Shown: one piece after another, positions 8,919 through 17,770 of the stretch
Numbering within the stretch: the first letter of the stretch is position 1
How the letters are laid out: each line of letters begins with the position of its first letter
Assembly (NCBI GenBank): GCA_044356215.1
Contig: JBIKWQ010000013.1
Coordinates: 1-51,282, forward strand
Source of the DNA: Bdellovibrionota bacterium
GTDB lineage: Bacteria; Bdellovibrionota_C; UBA2361; OMII01
DNA length: 51,282 nucleotides
Direction: 5' to 3'
Translations under genes and position numbers: made by a program
The notes under the pieces: model-generated
Database searches by the model: none
What the model was told of the DNA's origin: nothing
What the model saw: only the letters and a program-made list of their open reading frames with translations

Positions 8919-11558
8919 GTGGCAAATTCACCACAAAAAGCAGGTGATAAATTTCGGATACTCATGCAGAGTAGGCCGAACGTATTCACGCAGCGCGGAG
9001 GTGATACGATCGTTCTTGAGCGTCTCAGTGACGGCTTAACAGCGCGTGGACACTCTGTCACTATTGATATTAGCGGGCAACATGATCCAGCGAACTTTGA
9101 TCTAGTTCATCTCTTCAATCTAGCGACCACAGCGATCACTTGGAGCTTCGCAGAGAAAGCGATAAACGCCAATGTGCCATATGTAGTCACCACTCTGTAT
9201 GAGGATATCCCATCTTTTCATAGGCAATCGCATTTAGTGGCCGCGAAAGCGATTCAGTATACTCAAGGTGGACAGATCCCAGGTTCATGGAGCTTGTCTT
9301 ATCAAGATCTAACGGCGCTTACTCCAGCTCCACGTTTTCTCGCAGATGACATAGTTCGTGGCGCGGCGGCACTTCTACCAAATGGAATGGGTGAGGAGTC
9401 AGCTATCAAGAGGGATTTCCCATCGATCAAGAGGTCGATGATAGTTCCAATGGGGAGTGAGGTTGGCGCGAGCGCTGGCCCAGAGCTATTTGAGAGTGCC
9501 TACGGTGAGCGTGATTTCATCCTGTGTGTCGGGCGCCTTGAATCACGTAAAAATCAGTTGATGTTGCTAAAGGCGCTTGAGGACTCTCCTCTAACAGTGG
9601 TGTTGGCTGCTGGAGGTTTCTCGTATCAGCCGCAATACGAGGCCGCGGTGCGCACTTTTAGGCGTCGGGGTAAGACTATTGTTCTCGGTTTAGTGGATCC
9701 GCGAATGCTTTCATCCGCCTATGCAGCATGCCGCACGCACGTTCTGCCGAGCTGGTATGAGTTGCCTGGTCTCGTTTCTCTTGAGGCCGCGGCTCACAAT
9801 AAAAATATCGTTGTAACGAGAACTGGAACTACGGCCGACTATGTCGGAGATAAGGCCTTCTATTGCCTGCCATGGGACGGTGATTCAATCCTGTCGGCGG
9901 TTACAGCGGCCTATTTCAGCCCCGCTAGAGAGGGTCTGGTTGATATGGCGCGGTCGTATTCGTGGAGTGCTTCGGTTGTAGAGACAGAGAGAGTGTACCA
10001 AGAGATAGCAACGCCTAAAAAATGGGCAGTAACGCCCAGTAAGGTTGAAGGAGCGGGAGAAAATGAGGCGCCTTCAACAAACGGAGAGAATAGTATGAGC
10101 CAAGAAACGTCTGAATTTAAAGATATGGTTGAGCGCGGAGAAGTTGCCGCTAAAGCTTCAGACTTTGGAACAGCGGATAAGCTGCTGGCGCAGGCTGAGC
10201 GAATAGATCCTCGGTCTACACGCGTGATGAAGGCCCGTGGCGCTGTGCTTCTGGCGCAGATGAAACCAGCGGACGCGCTTACTTTCTTTGATCGTGCTTT
10301 AGCGATTGAGCCTCAAGAGCCAAAGCTTTTGGCAGGACGCGGCATGTGCGACCTACTGATGAATCGCCCAGATAAGGCGATCTCATTCTTTGAGCGCGCT
10401 CTTCAGGTCGAGCCAGGGTATTTGGTCGCACTACATCAACTACTCGAGTGTAGTTACGCCACAGGAGCTTACCCTACAGCGTTAACAGCACTGACTAGGT
10501 ATCTACAGACTAAGCCAACTGATACGGACATCCGCTTTTGCTTGGCAGGATGCCTATTTAAAAACGGACAACTTGAGGCGGCATTGTGGGAGTTAGATAT
10601 AATTGAGAGATCTAATCCTGAGCATGCGGGAGCTCGTGAGCTACGTAAAATAATCGTTGAGGGCGCGACCTGTAGTAGTGATATGACCATGGCTACTCCG
10701 GAGCCGCGCTTAGTTCCCACAGAGGCAGGCGCTAATATTAAGGCGTCTCTTTCTGAGCTGTCAGATAGGATTAAATCTTGGAAGGTTGACGCCGCTCGAG
10801 CCGATACTGCGGAGGCCGTTAGTCAGTCGACACGGGAGACAGGCATCGAGCTTTCCGAGGACATGATCGCGCAAGCAATCGGCAAGATAGAGGACCTGAA
10901 GCGCTCAGGTGAGTTCACAAGCGCTATTGAGGAGCTCTCGAACCTAATCGCGTGTGGAGAGCTACGTTCTCCTTACCGTGAGATCGCTGATTGCTTAGCG
11001 GCTGAGTTCACCGTCTTAGGGGGTGAATTGACCAAAGCATCTGGTATGTACGACGAGATCCTAGGTCGCGATGCGACTTGTGCGCGAGCGCTCTGTGGTA
11101 AGGGGGCGTTAGCGGCGGAGGCCCAAAACTGGACCGCCGCGCGTAATTACTTCACGCAAGCCCTGGCCTCTGATTGTGAGAACGATGTGGCTTACGCGGG
11201 TATGGGTATCTGCTCAATGGCGGAGAACAACGCTGATAAGGCGTTCACATTCTTCCAGGCGGCGACAGAGAGAAACCCAGAGAATCACAGGGCGCTACTT
11301 GGACTCTTGCAGACTGGGTATCCACTTAAGCGCTATACAGAGATGGAGCGTATGCTGACAGCTTATCTGGATCTCCATCCAGCGAGTTTGGATATGTTGT
11401 ATTCATTCGCAGGTGTTCTCTTTGCTCAGGGTAAAGTTAACGAGGCAAAGATGGAGATCGAGAAGATCTTAATTTTTGAGCCAGCACATGAAAACGCTCT
11501 GGAGCTAAAGAATCTGATCGAACAGAATCCGAGCGAATCTGAGCAGGCTGTTTCGTAA
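8919..11558 (+). CDS. Glycosyltransferase family 4 fused to multiple TPR repeats
   Basis: RGGDT, DLVHLFN, VGRLESRKNQ, LPSWYELPGLVSLEAAA; C-terminal ~480 aa of TPR-like repeats; GTG 8919 after AGGAGAG. Confidence 0.85.
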   Translation: MANSPQKAGDKFRILMQSRPNVFTQRGGDTIVLERLSDGLTARGHSVTIDISGQHDPANFDLVHLFNLATTAITWSFAEKAINANVPYVVTTLYEDIPSFHRQSHLVAAKAIQYTQGGQIPGSWSLSYQDLTALTPAPRFLADDIVRGAAALLPNGMGEESAIKRDFPSIKRSMIVPMGSEVGASAGPELFESAYGERDFILCVGRLESRKNQLMLLKALEDSPLTVVLAAGGFSYQPQYEAAVRTFRRRGKTIVLGLVDPRMLSSAYAACRTHVLPSWYELPGLVSLEAAAHNKNIVVTRTGTTADYVGDKAFYCLPWDGDSILSAVTAAYFSPAREGLVDMARSYSWSASVVETERVYQEIATPKKWAVTPSKVEGAGENEAPSTNGENSMSQETSEFKDMVERGEVAAKASDFGTADKLLAQAERIDPRSTRVMKARGAVLLAQMKPADALTFFDRALAIEPQEPKLLAGRGMCDLLMNRPDKAISFFERALQVEPGYLVALHQLLECSYATGAYPTALTALTRYLQTKPTDTDIRFCLAGCLFKNGQLEAALWELDIIERSNPEHAGARELRKIIVEGATCSSDMTMATPEPRLVPTEAGANIKASLSELSDRIKSWKVDAARADTAEAVSQSTRETGIELSEDMIAQAIGKIEDLKRSGEFTSAIEELSNLIACGELRSPYREIADCLAAEFTVLGGELTKASGMYDEILGRDATCARALCGKGALAAEAQNWTAARNYFTQALASDCENDVAYAGMGICSMAENNADKAFTFFQAATERNPENHRALLGLLQTGYPLKRYTEMERMLTAYLDLHPASLDMLYSFAGVLFAQGKVNEAKMEIEKILIFEPAHENALELKNLIEQNPSESEQAVS

Positions 11559-11574
11559 ATTTTGACCCGCGTTA

Positions 11575-14500
11575 TTAGCTTCTAGCATCTCTCAGATGCT
11601 TCGCCACGAGGGGCAAAACTGATATTGTGAAGGGCCTCCGCAAACGGATGCCATCGTTTACCTCAGCCATTATCGCCCGCACGGCTTGGCATTCCTTAAG
11701 CCGCAGCAGCTTCTCTGCGACAGAAACTCTTTGAGTATCTGTGTTTGTTAGTATCTCGCCAGTAATCTTGGACAGCTCGCGGCGGATCTCCTGAAAGCTA
11801 CCATCGGCTAGCTCCTGCTCCCATTTATTGGCGGCGTTTAGTCCCTGTTCGAACTTAAATATGGTGTGAAGCTGGAACGTGTCTAAAACCTCAGAGAGAG
11901 TCGCGGCGACTTTAGTCACATCTTGCTTGTATTCCCTGGCGCACCAGAGGATCTCAAGCACAACGTGAACCCGACGGAGAAGGCTTAGGACTGTCGCGTC
12001 ATTCTCAGATGCGCCCTTAGCTCGGTACTCCGACAATCGTTTTTCAAATCGAGTTAATTCATCACCAGCGAACATCGTCCTAGCGTGCGGAATTAGATTC
12101 GAAAAGCTAGTTAGGTAGAGGCTTAAGATATCTTTAAGCGGGGTTTGATCCCCATGAGTTTGAATCAGCCACGATCCCGCTCTCCTTAGCGCGACTGTCA
12201 GATCCATCCATAATTCGATGAAATCAGCACGGGTCTTCGCCGTGTCGAGGTCTCGGACCCGTTGTCTCAATTCCCCAGTTTTTAAGATCGCGTCCGCCGC
12301 GAGTAGGCACTTCATCACGTGGGGGATCGCCGCGCCACTGCTAGATACGATAAATGGGATAAAGGATATCCCAACCGCTAAAGTTGCCTCACCTACTATC
12401 TCATTAGAGATAATCTCTCTCCGTAGCGGGTGGCCAAGAACGTCAGTTCTGAAGCTATCCCGCACGCGCTTCGGAAAGTATTCCAGCAGGTGCTTCTCAA
12501 GCTCTGGATCGTTTAAGAGGCCAGAATCACGTAGCCCCTCCTTTAACCACATCTTTACAGCGGCGCTACATACAGCTAACTCAGGGCGAGCCATCCCGCG
12601 TTGAGAAGCTACGCGTAGGCCTAGCTCCTGCTCGTCAGGTAGGTGGTCACGAGCGCGATCTAGAAAACCAGACGCGTGCATCTCTCGGATCAGAGAGCGA
12701 TATTGCTCGATGGTGTTCATTGAGCAGATCTCTGAGACCGTTAATAGCAAGCTCTGATCGCGGTTGTGCTGCAATACAGAGTCAACTACGTCGTTGGCGA
12801 TCTTCTTGAGTAAGTTGTTGCGGTCATCGATTTTGAGAGCGCCCTTTGCTACGAGTGGAGAGAAGAGAAGCTTTAAATTTACCTCGTGATCTGAGAGATC
12901 AACGCCGCCAGAGTTATCTATGGCGTCCGTATTAATCTTGATACCTGCCTGCGCGCACTGTACGCGGGCGCGCTGGGTAAATCCAAGATTTCCTCCCTCT
13001 CCAACTACCAGGCACCTTAGCTCATCAGCGTTAACCCGCACGGCGTCATTAGCGCCGTCGTTAACATCGCTGTGCGATTCGGATCGTGCTTTCACATAGG
13101 TGCCGATTCCGCCGTTCCAAAGCACCGTTACTGGTGCTTTGAGCAGAAGCGAGATCATCGTTTCTCCATCAACGATCGCAGGAACATCATCTCCGATAGC
13201 GAAGGCTTGGCGCATCTCAGGTGTTATCGTAATCTCTTTGGCGTAACGCTCAAATACTCCGCCGCCTTGAGATATCACCTTTGAGTCAAAATCAGACCAC
13301 TGAGAGCGAGATAAAGAGAATAACCTCTGCCGCTCCTTGAAAGCCTCATCTTGATTCGGTGCTGGGTCGATGAATATATGTTTGTGATTGAATGCTCCGA
13401 GCAGAAGGAGATTCGATGTTAAGATCATTGCGTTACCGAACACATCTCCGGACATATCTCCGATACCAACAGCGGTAAAAGGCGCGTTCGTATCAATCCC
13501 TAAATCCCTCGTGTGGCGCATGACGCACTCCCAACCACCGCGAGCTGTGATCCCATACTTTTTATGATCGTATCCCTGAGATCCTCCGGACGCGAAGGCG
13601 TCACCTAGCCAGAACGAATACCGCTCCTGCGCTATAGAGTTCGCTAGATCGCTAAAGGTAGCTGTACCTTTATCAGCCGCGACGACGAAATAAGGGTCAA
13701 ACTCGTCGTAAATTATCGAGTTTGCGGGACGAACCGGTTTATTGTCGATAGTGTTGTCTGTGATCGAGAGAAGAGCTGTTATGTACTCCTTATAGGACGC
13801 CTCTACCAGGGAACCCATAGTCGCTCCGGGCGCAGGGGTGGCTTTGACAACGAAACCTCCCTTTGCGCCGCTTGGGACGATAATAACGTTTTTGACCTTC
13901 TGTGTTTTTACAAGCCCTAAGACTTCAGAGCGGTAATCATCCAGGCGCTCACTCCAACGGATACCGCCACGCGCTACCTTCGAGCTTCGAAGGTGAGTCC
14001 CCTCGATTCGCGATGAATAGACGAACATCTCATAGAGAGGCCGTGGATGCGGCATGAACTCTACCTTCTCTGAGTGGAGCTTTATCGCGATCGTATCTGG
14101 GTTGTTAAAAAAATTAGTTCTTAGCGTATTTTTCAAGAGAACCAAGAGCGCTTTTAGGATCCGGTCGTGTGTGATGTCAGCTACCTTGCGCAGAGCGATC
14201 TGATAGCTCTGCTCGATGATGGTGAGACGAGCTTTTCTCTCTTCTAGTGATAGTTTTAGATCGGGGTTAAAAGCTGTATCAAAATACTTAACGAATTCTC
14301 GAGATACTTCAGGAGAATAGGCTAAGGCCTTCCACATAGTTCTCTTAGTGGCGATCTTATAAGTTTGCCACAGCAGCGCGCAGTAAGATCTAAGAAGCGA
14401 GATCTGATCGATAGTTAGATCCCCAGTTCTAAGAAGAATATTTAGGGGATCGCTAAGGGCCTTGCCGAGAATTATCTTCGCTAGACCAGAGGATACTGAT

Positions 14501-16302
14501 CGGTTAAAGCCAGCGGGATCTAGTGATTTGCCATCAAAGGGACGGACTACGCATTTAAGGATATGGAGAGTCTTGTCTTCTGAGCTTAGTGAGTAAGAGT
14601 TAGCATCTAGAACCTCCAATCCTAGATCCTCTAGCGCGGGGACGGCGGTGCTGATTGAGATCGAGCTGCCGCTTGAGAGGAAGCTCAATTGAGGGGGTCT
14701 AGTTGAATTAGGCTCCTGAAACAGAGAAACCGCTACAGGCGATTCGTCTGTTAGTTTAGAGCAAAGATAAAAGTCATTTACAGCCTCGGCGACTGAGATG
14801 CTCGCCTGGTAGTTCTCTGGAAAATTAATCGGCCATTTGTTGGTCAATAAGGCATTATTCTTTAATTGTTCATCAAGCAGTTCCTTCCAACTAAGGGTAG
14901 CTCTCTGGATGGTTTTACCTAACTGATCGAGATCTGGATTTTTTTGATCATCAGCGCTCGACAAAGGTGTACTTATATACAAGCGAAGTTGCCGTTTCTT
15001 GCTTGAGTCTAGGTGAATCTCACTTGACGATGGAGCTGCTCCAAAGCTCGATTCGACGATGGATCTAACTTCAGAACGGGTCGCAGCGCTGTAGCGGTCA
15101 GGCGGCATTACGATTGCAGTTAGAGCCCATCTCGTGCGTGTGTCGATGCAAGTAATGCTTCTCGAGTCCTCTCTTGAAAATACTCCTAGTGCCAGCTGCG
15201 CTATCGTTTGAAGATCTCGGACTGGAAGTCTAAGAGCCTCATCAGTTGGCATATTATCAATGACTTCGATCACATACTTGTAATCGTGAGAATTAGGTGG
15301 CGTTTCCTCTGTCGCTAAGACCTGCTCTAATTTATGGCGCAGCACGGGGATATCTAAGGCTTCGCATGCTAATGCCTTTGAGGTCAGATATCCGACAAGA
15401 GAGAGCCATGTATTCCCTGCTTGAGTAGCCTTGATAAACACATGAAGTAAGGGTACATGCCTGTGAGCCGGGGACTTTAAGAGGAGCTTGTTGATCGAGA
15501 AATCTACATTATTTTTAGCGGCCCTCTGTAGGTCGTCGGAGATGACAGCAGCGAGTCGTTCTTGGAATTCGCTCTTTGACTTCCAGGCTCCCAGAGCCCC
15601 CGGCAATTGCGATGCTTGATCCCAAGTTGAGGCGCCGACGAAATAAAAGCTGCCGCTACTGAGCCAGTTGAAAAAATCCCGTGCCTCGTTCTCTGGCAGC
15701 TGACCCCATTCCGTGTTTATCTTTCCGATATTTCGGCTAGCTGCGCCGTTGGATACCGCCACCATAGCGGCGTAATCATCGACAACATTTACTAGTGATC
15801 GCAGAGAGTCGCGCAGAGTGGGGATTAGACCCTCGATCTGGCCGCGTGATTCAGAATCAACATCGATGAAAGAGAGCGCGACCTTTCTGCCGTTTACGCT
15901 CAGAATCGGATGTTGATAGCAGACGAGCGAGATCTTAGCCTCGTAAAGGCGTTCGGCGAGGGTGCTGATAATAAAAGGGTGATCTCCTAGAGCGATAAAG
16001 AGGCCACAGCTATTATGAGCGCGTTTTAGCGATACCCCGATCCCATCATCGGCATTTGATTGCATTGTGATGGCTTCTAAGCACCCTTCGAGAATACTTC
16101 GCAGCTCAGCGAGACCTTTCTTGCGGGGAAGGTCGGTTGGAGCGCGGTGAAATAATCGATCAAGAAAGCTCGAAACTCGCCCCGCATCGTCAGAAGAGTT
16201 GGCGAGACTAATACCCTTAAGAGTTTCTATAAGTTTTGGGGAGAGGCCCGCAGTTATATCCTTTACTGTGGATAGAGGAAATAGATTTGTTGAGTTCGGC
16301 AT
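11575..16302 (-). CDS. Large NAD-specific glutamate dehydrogenase (GDH2/GdhB type)
   Basis: VARGGIRWSER, KNVIIVPSGAKGGF, YFVVAADKGTATFSD, DAFASGGS.GYDHK, GDMSGDVFGN, EGGNLG, DNSGGVDLSDHEVNLK; start placed at ATG 16302. Confidence 0.93.
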   Translation of the reverse strand: MPNSTNLFPLSTVKDITAGLSPKLIETLKGISLANSSDDAGRVSSFLDRLFHRAPTDLPRKKGLAELRSILEGCLEAITMQSNADDGIGVSLKRAHNSCGLFIALGDHPFIISTLAERLYEAKISLVCYQHPILSVNGRKVALSFIDVDSESRGQIEGLIPTLRDSLRSLVNVVDDYAAMVAVSNGAASRNIGKINTEWGQLPENEARDFFNWLSSGSFYFVGASTWDQASQLPGALGAWKSKSEFQERLAAVISDDLQRAAKNNVDFSINKLLLKSPAHRHVPLLHVFIKATQAGNTWLSLVGYLTSKALACEALDIPVLRHKLEQVLATEETPPNSHDYKYVIEVIDNMPTDEALRLPVRDLQTIAQLALGVFSREDSRSITCIDTRTRWALTAIVMPPDRYSAATRSEVRSIVESSFGAAPSSSEIHLDSSKKRQLRLYISTPLSSADDQKNPDLDQLGKTIQRATLSWKELLDEQLKNNALLTNKWPINFPENYQASISVAEAVNDFYLCSKLTDESPVAVSLFQEPNSTRPPQLSFLSSGSSISISTAVPALEDLGLEVLDANSYSLSSEDKTLHILKCVVRPFDGKSLDPAGFNRSVSSGLAKIILGKALSDPLNILLRTGDLTIDQISLLRSYCALLWQTYKIATKRTMWKALAYSPEVSREFVKYFDTAFNPDLKLSLEERKARLTIIEQSYQIALRKVADITHDRILKALLVLLKNTLRTNFFNNPDTIAIKLHSEKVEFMPHPRPLYEMFVYSSRIEGTHLRSSKVARGGIRWSERLDDYRSEVLGLVKTQKVKNVIIVPSGAKGGFVVKATPAPGATMGSLVEASYKEYITALLSITDNTIDNKPVRPANSIIYDEFDPYFVVAADKGTATFSDLANSIAQERYSFWLGDAFASGGSQGYDHKKYGITARGGWECVMRHTRDLGIDTNAPFTAVGIGDMSGDVFGNAMILTSNLLLLGAFNHKHIFIDPAPNQDEAFKERQRLFSLSRSQWSDFDSKVISQGGGVFERYAKEITITPEMRQAFAIGDDVPAIVDGETMISLLLKAPVTVLWNGGIGTYVKARSESHSDVNDGANDAVRVNADELRCLVVGEGGNLGFTQRARVQCAQAGIKINTDAIDNSGGVDLSDHEVNLKLLFSPLVAKGALKIDDRNNLLKKIANDVVDSVLQHNRDQSLLLTVSEICSMNTIEQYRSLIREMHASGFLDRARDHLPDEQELGLRVASQRGMARPELAVCSAAVKMWLKEGLRDSGLLNDPELEKHLLEYFPKRVRDSFRTDVLGHPLRREIISNEIVGEATLAVGISFIPFIVSSSGAAIPHVMKCLLAADAILKTGELRQRVRDLDTAKTRADFIELWMDLTVALRRAGSWLIQTHGDQTPLKDILSLYLTSFSNLIPHARTMFAGDELTRFEKRLSEYRAKGASENDATVLSLLRRVHVVLEILWCAREYKQDVTKVAATLSEVLDTFQLHTIFKFEQGLNAANKWEQELADGSFQEIRRELSKITGEILTNTDTQRVSVAEKLLRLKECQAVRAIMAEVNDGIRLRRPFTISVLPLVAKHLRDARS

Positions 16303-16361
16303 TCGACACCTGAAAACAAAATTTAAGCCCGGAAGTAAAGTGGGTCGGTAAAGAAGAACCC

Positions 16362-16550
16362 TAAGGAAGGCCGGCAAAACCTACCCGTAGCGAGAAAGTG
16401 GAGGTTGAGTTGATATTCGATTTTCGAGATGGGAAAAAACCGCAAGTGTATCCACTGTGATACATTGAGGATTTTTTCCCATCTCGAAAGCTCGAAGAGC
16501 AGCTCAAGATCCGCTTTCGCAGTAGGGAGGGGTTTTGCCGGCCTTCCTTA
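16362..16550. mobile_element. 189-bp palindromic MITE-like element
   Basis: Perfect 20-bp terminal IR TAAGGAAGGCCGGCAAAACC (16362-16381 / 16531-16550), inner perfect 18-bp IR (16422-16439 / 16472-16489); right arm repeated at 17-123. Confidence 0.8.
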
Positions 16551-16861
16551 ACAGTATACTCGTTTCATTGTCTTGAAGGCACCCAGGAACAATCACATGC
16601 AGCCACGCCCTTGGTTTTGATAGTCAAAACAAAGGTTTGCATGGAGTGGTATCTGAGAGTCCCTTTTTTAGCTCTGCAAGCTACAGAAAAGGGCTTTTCT
16701 GCCGAATCTCTCTCTTGGGCGGTGAGAGAGTGGCTCTAGGAGGGGGTTACTTAGGCAGCTAAACGAAAATTGCATGGCGCCAGGGATGATAGTTGGTTGT
16801 AGACCCTTGGGGGTATCCCCCTAGAGTCGCGGCCTGACAGGGAGTGTGAGGTTGTAATAAA

Positions 16862-17257
16862 ATGGACAAGTTGTACAAGAGCGCCACCTCGGAATCGGCA
16901 TTCAGGAGGCTTCTGGCAGCCTCGGTTACGCCAGGGGGGCCGGAACCCCCCAAAGAGGATGGCGAAGAAGCAGGCCAGGGCTGGGGGGATAATCGGGAGG
17001 CCTGGCCACGACAGATAACAAGGGCGTTGGAACGTGCGGTTTCGTCGGTAAGAGAGGCCGCTAAAAAAGTAGATGAAATCCGCGAGGTGCTGTCGGATGT
17101 TCGCTTAGAGAACGCCACAGCGGCTCGTGCAGAGCCCCGAAACGTGGAGGAATTTAGGGCTAAGTGGCTCTGGTTCCACCGAGTTTTGCGGAAGGGGGAA
17201 GCGTGGCAAGAAGATAATGGCACAAGTAAAAAGGATTCAGGGCATCTTTTAGGTTAG
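16862..17257 (+). CDS. Orphan hypothetical protein (131 aa)
   Basis: GAGG SD ~10 nt before ATG and a strong terminator just after; no recognised domain. Confidence 0.45.
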   Translation: MDKLYKSATSESAFRRLLAASVTPGGPEPPKEDGEEAGQGWGDNREAWPRQITRALERAVSSVREAAKKVDEIREVLSDVRLENATAARAEPRNVEEFRAKWLWFHRVLRKGEAWQEDNGTSKKDSGHLLG

Positions 17258-17290
17258 GTTTAAGAGTTACTGAATCAATGTTCCGGCGTG

Positions 17291-17328
17291 AGGCGCCCGG
17301 CAGAGAGATCTGCCGGGCGCCTTTTTTT
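17291..17328 (+). terminator. Rho-independent terminator
   Basis: AGGCGCCCGGCAGA-GAGA-TCTGCCGGGCGCCT perfect 14-bp stem followed by a T run. Confidence 0.9.
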
Positions 17329-17539
17329 ATCCCAGAAAAGGCAGGTGGGAGATAATTCTACCGCAGGAAACTCAGAGAAGCTAATATTTCAAAGTATTTA
17401 GCCCTGCGTTCCTATGCGTCCCCTGTGGTAAAAAATCTTCACCAGGGGTATCTGTATAGCGATTGACCGAAAAGCGGAGCGAAATGCCGAGGTCTTAGGG
17501 CGGCTAACTAAAAAGAGTTTCCCCCGCTCCCGTTTGTAC

Positions 17540-17702
17540 TAGGGCGTCGCAGTGTTTTTGGTAAGTTACGGAGACAATTAGTAAAATATTTTTTACCACA
17601 GAGGACGCAGAGGACACAGAGAAAACCCCATAATTGCCCATAAAATGGCCGTTCTCTGTGTCCTCTGCGTCCTCTGTGGTGATAAAGAACTGCGATGCCC
17701 TA
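17540..17702. mobile_element. 163-bp MITE-like element with internal CAGAGGAC hairpin
   Basis: Terminal IR TAGGGCGTCGCAGT / ACTGCGATGCCCTA (13/14); internal perfect 29-bp IR 17595-17623 / 17652-17680; second copy at 51149-51282. Confidence 0.8.
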
Positions 17703-17770
17703 AGTTTGTACTAGCTCGTTGGATATGGTATCTCACAATGCTTAATTTTAGAGATTTAGGTAGTTTCGCT

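Noticed and set aside
16303..16377. N-terminal extension of glutamate dehydrogenase
   Set aside because: The ORF-track start lies inside the MITE TIR; ATG 16302 is more plausible
16759..17223. 154-aa minus-strand ORF
   Set aside because: Antisense shadow of the plus ORF, which has the SD and terminator; Ser-rich and unconvincing
17595..17680. 9-bp periodic CAGAGGAC units as a CRISPR array
   Set aside because: No unique spacers; it is one inverted-repeat hairpin; no cas genes in the window
17645..17770. N-terminal extension of oleA (MAVLCVLCVLCG...)
   Set aside because: It is a translation of the MITE hairpin; OleA-like sequence starts near ATG 17771
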